This document shows positions 1 to 32,523 of a DNA stretch of 64,000 nt, piece after piece (positions within the stretch are counted from its first letter, which is position 1; each line of letters starts with the position of its first letter). The stretch lies in NCBI RefSeq assembly GCF_009914755.1, contig NC_060926.1, one strand, 5' to 3'. Both the position numbers and the translations under genes were made by a program. The notes under the pieces were generated by a model that saw only the letters and a program-made list of their open reading frames with translations, was not told where the DNA came from and searched no databases. This stretch comes from the human T2T-CHM13v2.0 reference genome, Homo sapiens.

Positions 1-170
1 GTGGGGGGAGAGGGGAGGGATAGCATTAGGAGATACACCTAATATTAAATGACAAGTTAATGGGTGCAGCACACCAACATGGCACATGTATACATATGTA
101 ACTAACCTGCACATTGTGCACATGTACCCTAAAACTTAAAGTGTAATAATAATAAAATTTAAAAAAAAAC
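1..170 (+). mobile_element. L1PA (primate LINE-1) 3' end with poly(A) tail, truncated by the window edge
   Basis: Canonical L1PA 3'UTR text (GGGATAGCATTAGGAGATA...CACATGTACCCTAAAACTTAAAG) followed by AATAAA and an A-rich tail. Confidence 0.93.
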
Positions 171-411
171 ACACAGGAAAACAAACAAACAAAAGAAACC
201 GTAGAAGGTATTTAGGTGGGGTGGGGGAAGGGGTTGTCACTTTTTATTTCATACACTTCTGTATCATTTGAATTTCTAAAAAAAGTTTGTATCAGGATTG
301 TTAACAAAAAATGAATAAGAGAAAATAAATAAGTTTAGAAGGGTCAAAAAAAAAGAGAGAAACTGCTCAACTTGATAAAGGATAACTGTGTTACGACTAA
401 ACCTAACATCA

Positions 412-1104
412 TGCTGGGTGGTGAATCCATAAGGGTCTGCAGCAACCTCAGTTCTTGCCTCCTCAGATGAAATAATTCGACTAAGTGACAGAAGGCAGAG
501 TGTGAGACTGAGGCAAGTTTTAGAGCAGGAGTGAAAGCTTATTAAAAAGCTTTAGAGCAGGAATGCAAGGAAGTAAAGTACACTTGGAAGAGGGTCAAGT
601 GGGTGACTTGAGAGATCAAGTGCAGTTTCACCTTTGACTTGGGATTTTATACATTTGTGTGCTTCTGGGGTCTTGCATCCCTTCTCTGATTCTTCCCTTG
701 AGGTGGGCTGTCCAAGTGCGCAGTGGCCTGTCAGCGCTTCGAAGGGGTCACACGTGCAGTGTGTTTACTGGAGTTGTATGCATGCTCACTTGAGGCATTC
801 TTCCCTTACCAAAGGTTCCTAGGTCATAGGCCAGTTAAATGCCGCCATTTTTGCCTTCAGTGCACATATGTGAGCCCACTCGCCCTACTACTGAGATTTT
901 ATTGGGAAGCTGCTGATCGCATTTCAGGTTTTTTCTGTCTATTGGGAGGCTGCCCCTTCCTGGTGCCAGTTGCAACCAATTATTATTTTAGAGTGACAGT
1001 TAACAACCACCTGACCATCACCTGCTGGTTGCCTGATATTCCTGGGGGAGGGCAAGGGGCCCTCTCCTGCCCTGCTCATGCCTGACCAGCTACCTACTGT
1101 AACA
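412..1104 (-). mobile_element. ERV1 solo LTR, MER50-like
   Basis: Reverse complement begins TGTTACAGTAGGTAGCTGGTCAGGCATGAGCAGGGCAGGAGAGGG, matching the recalled MER50 5' end. It splits the L1 sequence CTAACATC|ATACTTAATGG. Confidence 0.7.
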
Positions 1105-1478
1105 ATACTTAATGGTAAAAGACTGAATGTTCCCTCTAACACAGGGAACAAGGCAAGAATGTCTGTCTGCTCTCGCCACTTGTATTCAGTATTGACTGGA
1201 GATCAATTGCCAGTATAGTAAGGCAAAACAAATAAATAAAAGGAAATAAAAGGCATAAATATTGGAAAGAAACAAAATGGTCTTTATTTGCAGATGACAT
1301 GATTATGTAAATAGAAATTCATAAAGAATCTATAAATAAGGTATTAATAAGCTTAGCAAGGTCACAGGATTCAAGGTCAATGTACCAGTATGCATTTCTA
1401 TATATTAGGATCAAACAGTTAAAAATTGAAATTAAAAAATCAATACCATTTACGATAGCATTCAAAACTATGAAATAC

Positions 1479-1781
1479 GGCCAGGTGCAGTGGCTCACGC
1501 CTGTAATGTCAGCACTTTAGGAGGCCGAGGCAGGTGGATCACCTGAGGTCAGGAGTTCAAGACCAGCCTGGCCAACAAGGCAAAACCCCATCTCTACTAA
1601 AAATACAAAAATTAGCTGGGTGTGGTGGCGGTCACCTATAGTCCCAGCTACTCAGGAAGCTGAGGCAAGAGAATCACTTGAACCTGTGAGGCAGAGGTTG
1701 CAGTGAACCAAGATCACACCACTGCACTCCAGCCTGGGTGACAGAGCGAGACCCCATCTCAAAAAAACAAAAAACAAAAAA
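1479..1781 (+). mobile_element. AluS
   Basis: Full dimer; TSD CTATGAAATA on both sides. Confidence 0.93.
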
Positions 1782-1970
1782 ACCTATGAAATATTAAAGA
1801 TAAATTTAACAAAATATGTGCAAGACCTGAACCTGGGAAACTACAAACCTTTTTGAGAGAAATTAAAGAAGACCTAGATAAACGAAAAGAGATACCATGT
1901 TCTTGGATGTAAGATTAATATTGTTAAGATGTCAATTATCCACAAATTGATTTATAGATAAAATAAAATT

Positions 1971-2886
<916 letters not shown>

Positions 2887-3597
2887 GAAAAGTCTTTTTA
2901 ACAAATGGTTTTGGAACAAATGTGTAGCCATATGCAACTACAACAGTAACAGCAAAATCAACCTTGACCTTCTTATCTCATGTCACACAAGAATTAACTA
3001 GCAATTAATCACAGACTTAATGACAAGAGCTAAAACTAAAATTTCTAGATGATAACAGTGGAGGAAATCTTTGTGACCTTGAGTTAGGCAACACTCAGGT
3101 AAGATACAGAAAACATAAGAATAAGTACCATAAAAGAAATTACTGGTGAATTCGATTTAATAAAAATTAGAAACTTCTACTCTTCAAGAGAAACTGTCAA
3201 GAAAATTAAAAGTCAAGCCTTAGGCAACACATATCTGATAAATAACTCATACTTATAAGAAACAACTTTTACAACTCAGTAACAAAAAGCAGAAATAGGT
3301 AAAATATTGCAAAATTGAATGAGCATTTCACTAAGGAAGATATACAAATGGCAAATAAACGCTAATGTTCAAAGTTATTGGCCTTTAAGGAAGCACAAAT
3401 TATAATTTTGCTCACTAGAATGCCTAAAGTTACAAAAACTGGCATTGCCTGTTGTCAGCGAGAATGTGGAGCAATGGATCTTTCACACATTGCTCATGGG
3501 AATGTAAAAAGGTCCAAACCTTTTAGGAAACACTATGGCAGTTTCTTGTAAAGTTGAACATTACACTATATACTGGTCTTATGATCCAGTAATTCTA

Positions 3598-4266
<669 letters not shown>

Positions 4267-4335
4267 CTATCTGTACATAAATGTTCACGAGACCCATTAT
4301 TCATAATAGTCCAAAACTGGAAACACCCCAAAACA

Positions 4336-4670
4336 CCTCCCAAGTAGCTGGGATTACAGGAGTGCACTACCATGCCCAGCTAATTTTTTTTATTTTTATT
4401 ATTTTTTGAGATGGAGTCTCGCTCTGTCTCCCAGGCTGGAGTGCAGTGGCATGAGCTTGGCTCACTGAAACCCCGTCTCTACTAAAAATACAAAAAAATT
4501 AGCTGGGCACGGTGATGTGCGCCTGTAGTCCCAGCTACTCGGAAACTGAGGAAGGAGAATTGTTTGAACCTGGAGGCAGAGGTTGCAGTGAGCCAAGATC
4601 ATGCCACTGCACTCCAGCCTGGGTGACAGAGTGAGACCCTGTCACAAAAAAAAAAAAAAAAAAAAAAAAG
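4336..4670. mobile_element. Rearranged Alu junction: antisense fragments fused to a 5'-truncated sense Alu
   Basis: ...GGCTCACTG|AAACCCCGTCTCTACT... switches orientation at about 4467. Confidence 0.85.
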
Positions 4671-6039
4671 GAAAGAAAAAAGAAAGCTACCATTATAAGG
4701 ATGAATGTACAAATATATGATGCAGACTGGGCTGGATCAGTGTCTCCTGGTCTGAGGGTGGTGGTAGGGGGATGGAGGCTGGAGCTGGGCCTCAAAGACA
4801 GGAGGGAGAAACTGTCCAGAATGAGGTGCTCACGGTCTGTAGTGAGGGAACCCTCGGCAGTGCTGATCGGCTGGAGCACAGAGCCTGATTTGGAAATACT
4901 AAGATAGCAAAAAGATTGGAAATATATTTTGAGCATAAACTGTAGCTTAGACTTCTATACTAAGATATTGGCATTTGTTCTCTTTATAATGAGAAGCCAT
5001 TGATAGCTTTAGAGGTGTGAAATGAGTGTTTTGAGGTTAACAGTCTGACAGATTGTGCAGGGTCAGTGGGTTTTATGTTAAAGTGACACATTCAGAATGG
5101 TTTTATACACAAGCCTAGATGTGAATAAAGCAAATTCCTTAAGGTATGATACATTTTGTGTCTTTCCCACCTATATTGGCATGCGTTTCTCTGATATGTG
5201 TACTCAGAGTCCCTGACCCAGCACCCAAAGTCATGATGAATCTTTCCTGGCTTTTTATCAGGCCTTGCCATGAGAGTGACCATTAAAGGTCAGAGAGCCA
5301 TACGGCCTCTCCCAGGGATACTGGGCTGGCCTGGGAATTGAGGAATTCACTCTGCATCCAAGAACCACATTTCCCCAGCTGTAAGATGGCAGAGAATAAT
5401 GTTTGTGTCCCAATGAAGTTCTAACACACAGTGTTCTCAGATGACGGGCAGCATTTTGAAAGTAACATGTGACTGTGTAATTTATGCTCTTTGAATTTGC
5501 AGTGAGACTATTTGTGGCAGTACAATGTCTATCCATGCTCCTAATTAGAAGTTTTCCAGAACAGCTCATGTGTCTGAATTAGAAATATTTGTCACGGGGC
5601 ATTAAATGCGGTATTTAGCTGTTAGGTGATTTTTTCAATAGAACTTTGTTAAAGACCAGATATAATGTGTCATTGTTTCTTTTGTGATTCTGGATTCTTT
5701 TTGAGAACTAAATGTTTAAGCAGTAAAGAGCTGAGACACCCTATGGGTAAGATCCTTTATAAATCAGCCCATTACACCGTGAATTCACTTACATTGTTGG
5801 TCAATGACGTCATGTAAGGATCAGATTATGCTTTTCTGTTTGGGTGTGTTTTGTGTTGATTTGTCAAGCCTGGAGGGTTGGCCACCAGGAAGAAGTTGAA
5901 ATGGTCACTGAAATCCCCTGGCTGTGATTGTCACAAACTTGGGTCTGAGATACACAGAAACACTTGCCTGTCATCAGGCTGAAGCTTTCAGCTCAGACTG
6001 TACCAGTGCCTGTTGGAAACATAAATGAAAGCATTTTTA

Positions 6040-7230
<1,191 letters not shown>

Positions 7231-7782
7231 ATTGCACAATAGATAATTGCATTAATAGCCCAATTTGTAGCCTCCTGTATTTATGTCCTTTGCCTTATAA
7301 CTTCTTAGTCCCTTCACACACTGCCTCTGGGCTTGGCACATAAAGTACAGTCAAAAACAAGCTATGTAACTTCTGAGGCTAGGTCACAAAAAGGGTATTG
7401 TTTCTGCCTTGCCTGCTTTCTCAACTGGGACACTAACATTTGGTACCAAGCCAGCATGCTATGAAGACGCCCAGAGTAGCCAACATGGAGACTACATTGA
7501 AGCAGTACAGGTATTGAGAACAGAGATGCCCCCAGCCCCACTCCCCACCCAGCTGGCTGCCAGCATCAGCTGCACCAAGGAAGATGTATGGATGGCAAAT
7601 AAGCACATGAAAAGATACTCATCACCATTAGTCTTTACAGAAGTACAAATTAAAACCACAATGAGACACTGCTACTTACCTACTAGAATCACTGAAATTA
7701 AACAGACAACAGAGCAAGTGCTGGCAAGAATGTGGAAGAATTCACACTCTCATACACCAATGAAGGCAACGCAAAATGGTAC

Positions 7783-9134
<1,352 letters not shown>

Positions 9135-9351
9135 ATACAACTACTTTCCAAAACAGTTTGGCAGTTTCTTAAACATTAATTATACACTTACCATATTATC
9201 CAGCTATTTCACTGCTAGTTGGTTCCTAAGAGAGAAGGAAGCTATATCCTTAGAAAGAGTTGTACATGATTGCTCATAGCAATTTTATTTATAATAGCCA
9301 AAAACAAACGAAAAAAATCCCACATGCCCACTTATAAACTGTGGTGTATAT

Positions 9352-9638
<287 letters not shown>

Positions 9639-9639
9639 A

Positions 9640-10085
9640 GGAGCAGAGGTTTAATAGGTGGAAGAAGGAGAAAGACAAAGGAAAATAGCTCTCTCTCTAG
9701 TGAGAAAGAAGGGACTTCCAAGAGGAAAAGGTCAGCTGGTGGATACGCCAGATTTTATAGTCCAGCTTGAGGAGGCCGTGTCTGATTTAGGTAGGGCTCA
9801 CAGGTTTTTTGGGTCAGGTGTGACGTTTACATAGCACACAGGGAAGGCTGGTGGCCCCACTCTAATCTTATTATGCAAATGAACTCTCCACTTGGCCGGT
9901 GCCATCTTGTCTGCTCCTTACTGTACACGTGGCTGGCAGAGAAGGGGAGGTGCAGCCGCCATTTTGAACATGTCTAGTCCCAGGTAGTTCTTTCCTGTCG
10001 CATCCACCTGTGCAAGCTCCCGGCTTGCTTGTCTATGTCTGCAGCTTGACTTTACTGGCTGCTCTTTGTTAGAAAATGATTTGGG
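9640..10085 (-). mobile_element. ERV1 LTR fragment, MER61-like
   Basis: GCAGAGGTTTAATAGG...TTTTATAG...CTTGAGGAGGC..TGTCTGATTTA...TAATCTTATTATGCAAATG...GCCGCCATTTTGAACATG; matches recalled MER61-group LTRs. Confidence 0.65.
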
Positions 10086-12726
<2,641 letters not shown>

Positions 12727-12739
12727 CGAGATTTTTTTT

Positions 12740-13352
<613 letters not shown>

Positions 13353-13947
13353 TAGGGTGGGTGCCAGGATGAGATTGGTTTATGGTTCTTTTGTTCTTCA
13401 GAACCAAATTATGCCTGGGTTGTTCAGTAAGCACATTCCATTATGACTGGTCATGCCAAGTTGCTCCTTGTTTATGATATTCTTAGAAAATCACTCAGCA
13501 GAACCCAGCAGTTATTTTACTAGCTGAAGGGCTATTTGCTGAAGGCCTTTGAGCCAAACGAGTTGTTTAATTTATTGCCCACTAAGTACATACAGTTGTT
13601 CAGTCATCAATTCTAACTTCTTAGAGCAGCCTTCCTTCTAAAATCTATGTCCTGTTTCTGGGGACTTTATAGTTGAATATGTCAGGGTGGCAGTTGGGAA
13701 TTGCTTTCCCAGTATACGAAGCAGCTAGTTTGGCTGTGTGGCTGGGAGTGTATTAGTGAATAAAGCATAAATAATATTTTTTTAAAAATCAAGTGATATC
13801 TGTAAAAAGTATAGGCTGAGTCTTAAAGTTTAAATTCTAAAAAAGGAAGGGAAGTAGAAAAGGGGTAGCAGTATGCATTCGTCATTACTTGAATTAAGGA
13901 TTGTTTAAAACCATGTCCGTATTAGTATAAAACAAGTAAAGAATTAA

Positions 13948-17908
<3,961 letters not shown>

Positions 17909-18073
17909 TAATTTGATATTTTTTGTAGAGCTAGATCTTCCTATTTGAATTATACTCAAATTCAACAAAATTCTAAGTATTTTTGCCTTCATGTAAATAT
18001 TTCTATCTTAGGCATATTTGTTATATTTTTTGTCCTTTAACTAAAACAAAGTAGGGTTTATTCATGACTTTGA

Positions 18074-18298
<225 letters not shown>

Positions 18299-18308
18299 TG
18301 AGGTTTGA

Positions 18309-18677
<369 letters not shown>

Positions 18678-18739
18678 TAGCCATTACTGTGCCTGGCCTG
18701 TCATATGTTATTCTAATACAATCTTTCCCTAGCATTTGA

Positions 18740-18967
<228 letters not shown>

Positions 18968-19250
18968 TGAACTGATTTAGTAAAACCCTTTTGAGGGAAA
19001 AATGAATGAATATAGTTTATCGGAAGGGGGCAAGTTTCTGAAAGAAATAGAAATAAGGTTTCCAGTTATTATTTACTCAGGCTTCCAATTATTATTTAGA
19101 TTTCTGATTTCATCATAGAGATGATGTGTTCTAGCAAATTCAAACCTATTTTCTCTCCTTCCACCCTTCCTTCACTTCCTACCCGGTCCAACTTGGATTC
19201 CATGTCCCATTAGTTTGATAACCATTTTTCTACTATCCATACCCCTTTGC

Positions 19251-22237
<2,987 letters not shown>

Positions 22238-23379
22238 AGACTTAAAACAATATTGCCTTGAGATCTTAATTTTATATTTATTTAATTACTAATGATGATG
22301 TGTCTAATTCCTAATACAGTAATTATCTAATTCCTAATGATGTTGAACATCTTTTCTTACATTTATTCATTTAAGTGTCCATTTCTGTGAAACACCTCTT
22401 TATGGTTTCTTTCCCCTACTTTCTTTTGAATTATTTATCCCTTTGAAATTGCTTTCTTCAGTTCCTTTTGTATTCTGGATACTGATTTTTTATTGTTTAT
22501 GTACACTAAAAATCTCTTGCCCTGGTTGTGTCCAGGTGGGCTGTGTGTTGAATTGGAAAGGGTGCATGTCCTTGAAAGGCAGCAGCTACTACTCAGCATC
22601 TGCCTGTGTTGCCATGGACATGTGGACTCAGTGTAACTACGTCTTCCAACTCAAAAAGATTTATGTAAAATCTCCCAGTTGTTAAATGTTTTCCAGATGT
22701 TCTCTTTAACATGAAATGGACAAAAGGCCTAGGACAGAGCCCCATGAAACTCTCACATTCAAGGGCCCACAGCGTTGACTTAAGGAGTGGCCAGAGATGT
22801 GGGAGGGCAGCCGGGAGAGTCATACCATGGGGCCATAAATGTGAGCATTTCCAGACAGAGGAGACCAGCGACATCGTCAACTATTGCTGAGTACCAACAC
22901 TTGAAGTTGCTTTTTATTCTTGGAGACTGGTAGAGATTTTAAGTGAAGGATTCTAATAATTTTCTGGGGATATAATTTAAATATTCAGTCTATCTGGGCT
23001 CAAGCTCCAAGATGAGCGGAATGTTTCTTTCTTCCAAATTGACTACCATTTTGCTTCTCTTCACAAACAAGAGTTTGGATCCTGGACAGAAGATTCAAGA
23101 AAATACATTAGTAATGTCAGTTCCTTAAGTTGACCTTGTCTTGGGTTTGAGAACATTGGTTTGCTGTTGCAGTTGTTACAAACAGCATCTACTGTAAAAA
23201 TACATTGCAACCATGTTTGTGAGGCATTAGGCCAATGGGGTGGGGGGTATTTGGAAGGGGTTTCTTTAACCTGCTGCTCTCTGTAGAAGGAAAACTCTCA
23301 GGATTTACATACTCTGCCTGCAAAGGATCAGGGAGGGCAATGATCTTTATTTGTGGGCAATACCATTATAGGTCACTGA

Positions 23380-23714
<335 letters not shown>

Positions 23715-23850
23715 AATCCCAGGATTAAGCTCTCTGGTGCAAATGTAGACTCTCAGACATGTCTGTGACTCCTTCCTTCATCTAACTCAGAGTACCCTAA
23801 ATGGAAGGAGTCAGAAACACCTGCCACCCTAGCTCCAAGTTGCCCCGCCA

Positions 23851-24195
23851 CCTGTGACAGTGAGCTGTACGGTGCCTGTGACGGTGAGCTGTGCGGTGCC
23901 TGTGACGGTGAGCTGTGCGGTGTCTGTGACGGTGAGCTGTGCGGTGTCTGTGACTGAGCTGTGCACTGTCTGTGACGGTGAGCTGTGCGGTGTCTGTGAC
24001 GGTGAGCTGTGCGGTGCCTGTGACTGAGCTGTGCGGTGTCTGTGACTGAGCTGTGCAGTGCCTGTGACTGAGCTGTGCGGTGTCTGTGACGGTGAGCTGT
24101 GCGGTGCCTGTGACGGTGAGCTGTGCGGTGCCTGTGACGGTGAGCTGTGCGGTGCCTGTGATGGTGAGCTGTGCGGTGTCTGTGACAGTGAGCTG
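23851..24195 (+). repeat. Minisatellite: 14 full units plus one partial; 24-mer YCTGTGACGGTGAGCTGTGCGGTG (10 copies) and 22-mer lacking GG (4 copies)
   Basis: Parsed by hand; 22-mers start at 23947, 24017, 24039 and 24061. Confidence 0.97.
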
Positions 24196-24769
24196 CTGCA
24201 GGGAGGTGGGTCATTTGGGGTCTGGCTCCTGCATCTAAAATGGGCTTCTTGATGGTTATTTGGCTTTCATGTCTTAGCTGTCTCATCTATGAAACACAGT
24301 TGGTGGCAATATTTGTCTCATAGGGCTGTTTGGAAGATTAGATGAGATAACACATGCACGACACTTCTGTACTCATTGAGTAAATATTAACATATTGCCT
24401 ACTCCGTGCCAGGCCCTGTTCTAAGCACTGGGAATGCAGCAGTGAATAAAAGAAGCCTTACCCTCAAGGAGTCTCCAATATACTGAGGGGAAAGCAGGCA
24501 ATTAGCCACTAAATATATATATGTTAGGTGGTGGTGAATGCCAAGGGGAAGGGGCATCGGAGTGTCAGGTAGAAGTGGCTCTTCTATATAAAGTGTGTAG
24601 GAGACACCTTCTTATGATGAGATGCTGTTTGGACAAAAACCTGAAGTGAGAAAGGAACCATGTGACTATCTGGGGGAAGAGAATTTCGGGCAGAAAGAAG
24701 AACAAATGGAAAGGTCCCGAGGTGAGAGTGTGGTTCATGTGTTTCAGGGATGGCATGGAGGCCAGAGTG

Positions 24770-24926
24770 TAGGGTTGCCAAACTTAGCAAAGAAAAATAC
24801 AGGATGTCCAGTTAAATTTTAAATGAATGATGCAACATTTGAGACATACTGCTACCAAAAAATTGTTCATTGATTACCTGAAATTGAAATGTAATTGAGT
24901 GTCTTGTATTTTATCTGGCAACCCTA
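24770..24926. mobile_element. MER53 hAT MITE with intact TIRs
   Basis: TAGGGTTGCCA...TGGCAACCCTA termini; degenerate 8-bp TSD CCAGAGTG/CCAGTATG. Confidence 0.85.
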
Positions 24927-25229
24927 CCAGTATGCTGGAGTGAAATGGGTTAGGGCGCTGAAGTAAGAGGTGGGGGCTGATCATTTCTCACAATACAATT
25001 CACAAAACATATCAGCTATGTTCTTGTTCTTGTTCTTGCTGCTCCTATGGCTACAGTGGGCAGAAACTTAGGGGAGTAGGGGAGTCCTCTGAGCCAAGTA
25101 GGTGGGAAGGAGACCCTAACAGAACGGGGAGCATTGGGTGCCTTTCCACAGCTCACCACGTCAGCCAGATAGAGTGGATGCAAGCTGTCATGCTGGAGTC
25201 ACTAGGGGCACCTAGAACCCTTGGTTTAG

Positions 25230-28000
<2,771 letters not shown>

Positions 28001-29369
28001 TTTAAGACTTTTTTTTTTTTTTACTATATATGTTTGGTGTTTCCAGAATTTGTATGAATTGTTTTGGAATTGGTTCTGGAAGTAAGCACCATGAGTGAGG
28101 GCACCTTGCCTCCATGGGGTTGTGGGGTTGTGGGGTTGTGGGGTGGGTAGTTGTAGACATGGTCAGCAGACTAACTAGGGGTTAGTTTTAAACTTCTCTG
28201 GTAGCCTGTGGACTCTCCTCTTCTTCATCACCAAAACTCCTTATCACCCACGCCTCATGCTCTCCCCACACATTCTATGTGCTAAGTGCTGTTCCTGGAT
28301 AATTTAATGCTCAGAATAAGCCTAATTTACGAGGTTTTGTGATCATTTTACAGAGAAGGAAATTGAGGCTTAGATAGGTAAAGTCACCATCCTTGGGAGT
28401 CATGGAGCAGGACTGAAATCCAGACACTCGGACTTGAGTTCATGCTCTTAACCACAATCCTACACCTGCTTTGAGGCAATGTATGTGTTTCCCTCTCCAT
28501 GCTTCACTTTTTCTGCACAGATTTGTCAAGGAGGTTTTCAGTTATAAATTGATAAATGTGAGTATAAACCAGCTGGTTTACAGTTGGTTTATCAGGCAGT
28601 AGATTTTTCCAGGCTCCTTGTGGCAATAGTGATGAATTGTCTGGGGATGTTTAGACAAGTGTGATAAATTCTGCAAAAATGTGCCAGCCAATACATTAAT
28701 TATTTTTTTGACTAACCCAGCTGTGCTCTTCCAGATACCCAAGCCGTGGAGTGTGTGGACAGGATCCTTATTTACTGGTCTTCTGGCTGAAATCCCTCAT
28801 GTGATGAATCATTAATGCCTCCGGTTGAGAGATTAGACTTTATTTGCAAGACTGGTTTAGAAGATTTACTATTAGAAGTAAATAAGAAATGCTGAGAAGC
28901 TGAGAGGAAAGCCTCTTTGCTCCTGGAAAGGGACCTTTGGCATGAAGGAGACTTCTGTCACCCTCCTCCCCACCTTACCCCCAGCAGCGCTTGTTTCTGC
29001 AATAGAGTTAAGCAGGTTAATAATTTGCAGCTCAGAGGGTTTGTGTGGAGGCGGCGTTTGGAATGACTTGCTTGCATACCAACTTGTACTCCTGGAGCCT
29101 GAGCCCACTTCCTCCCCGCTCCTATCAGATTTTGCTTTATCTGCACAGTGGGAAGCTGGCATGCTGGGGAAATCCAGCAGAGAGCACCCTCTGCTGTCCT
29201 TCTCTTTCTCCTCCTCTTTGTACTGGCCATCAGGGGACTTGGCTCTGCTCTGAACCTCTTGGGGCTTGAGTGCTTTCAGCTGAAGAAGTCAGAAAACCTT
29301 CTCTGAGGTATCAGGGGTATATATTTGTGTAATACTTTATACTTTCCCAATCACTTTGGTTTTTACTGG

Positions 29370-32523
<3,154 letters not shown>

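Noticed and set aside
23851-24195. CRISPR-like array
   Set aside because: Units are contiguous with no unique spacers, no cas genes are present, and the context is human.
23753-24286. 177-aa His/Arg-rich minus-strand ORF (HRHRHRTA repeats) and Cys-rich plus-strand ORF (CDGELCGA repeats)
   Set aside because: Both are translations of the minisatellite; the 22-mers shift frame, and there is no exon or promoter support. The metallothionein-like look is an artefact.
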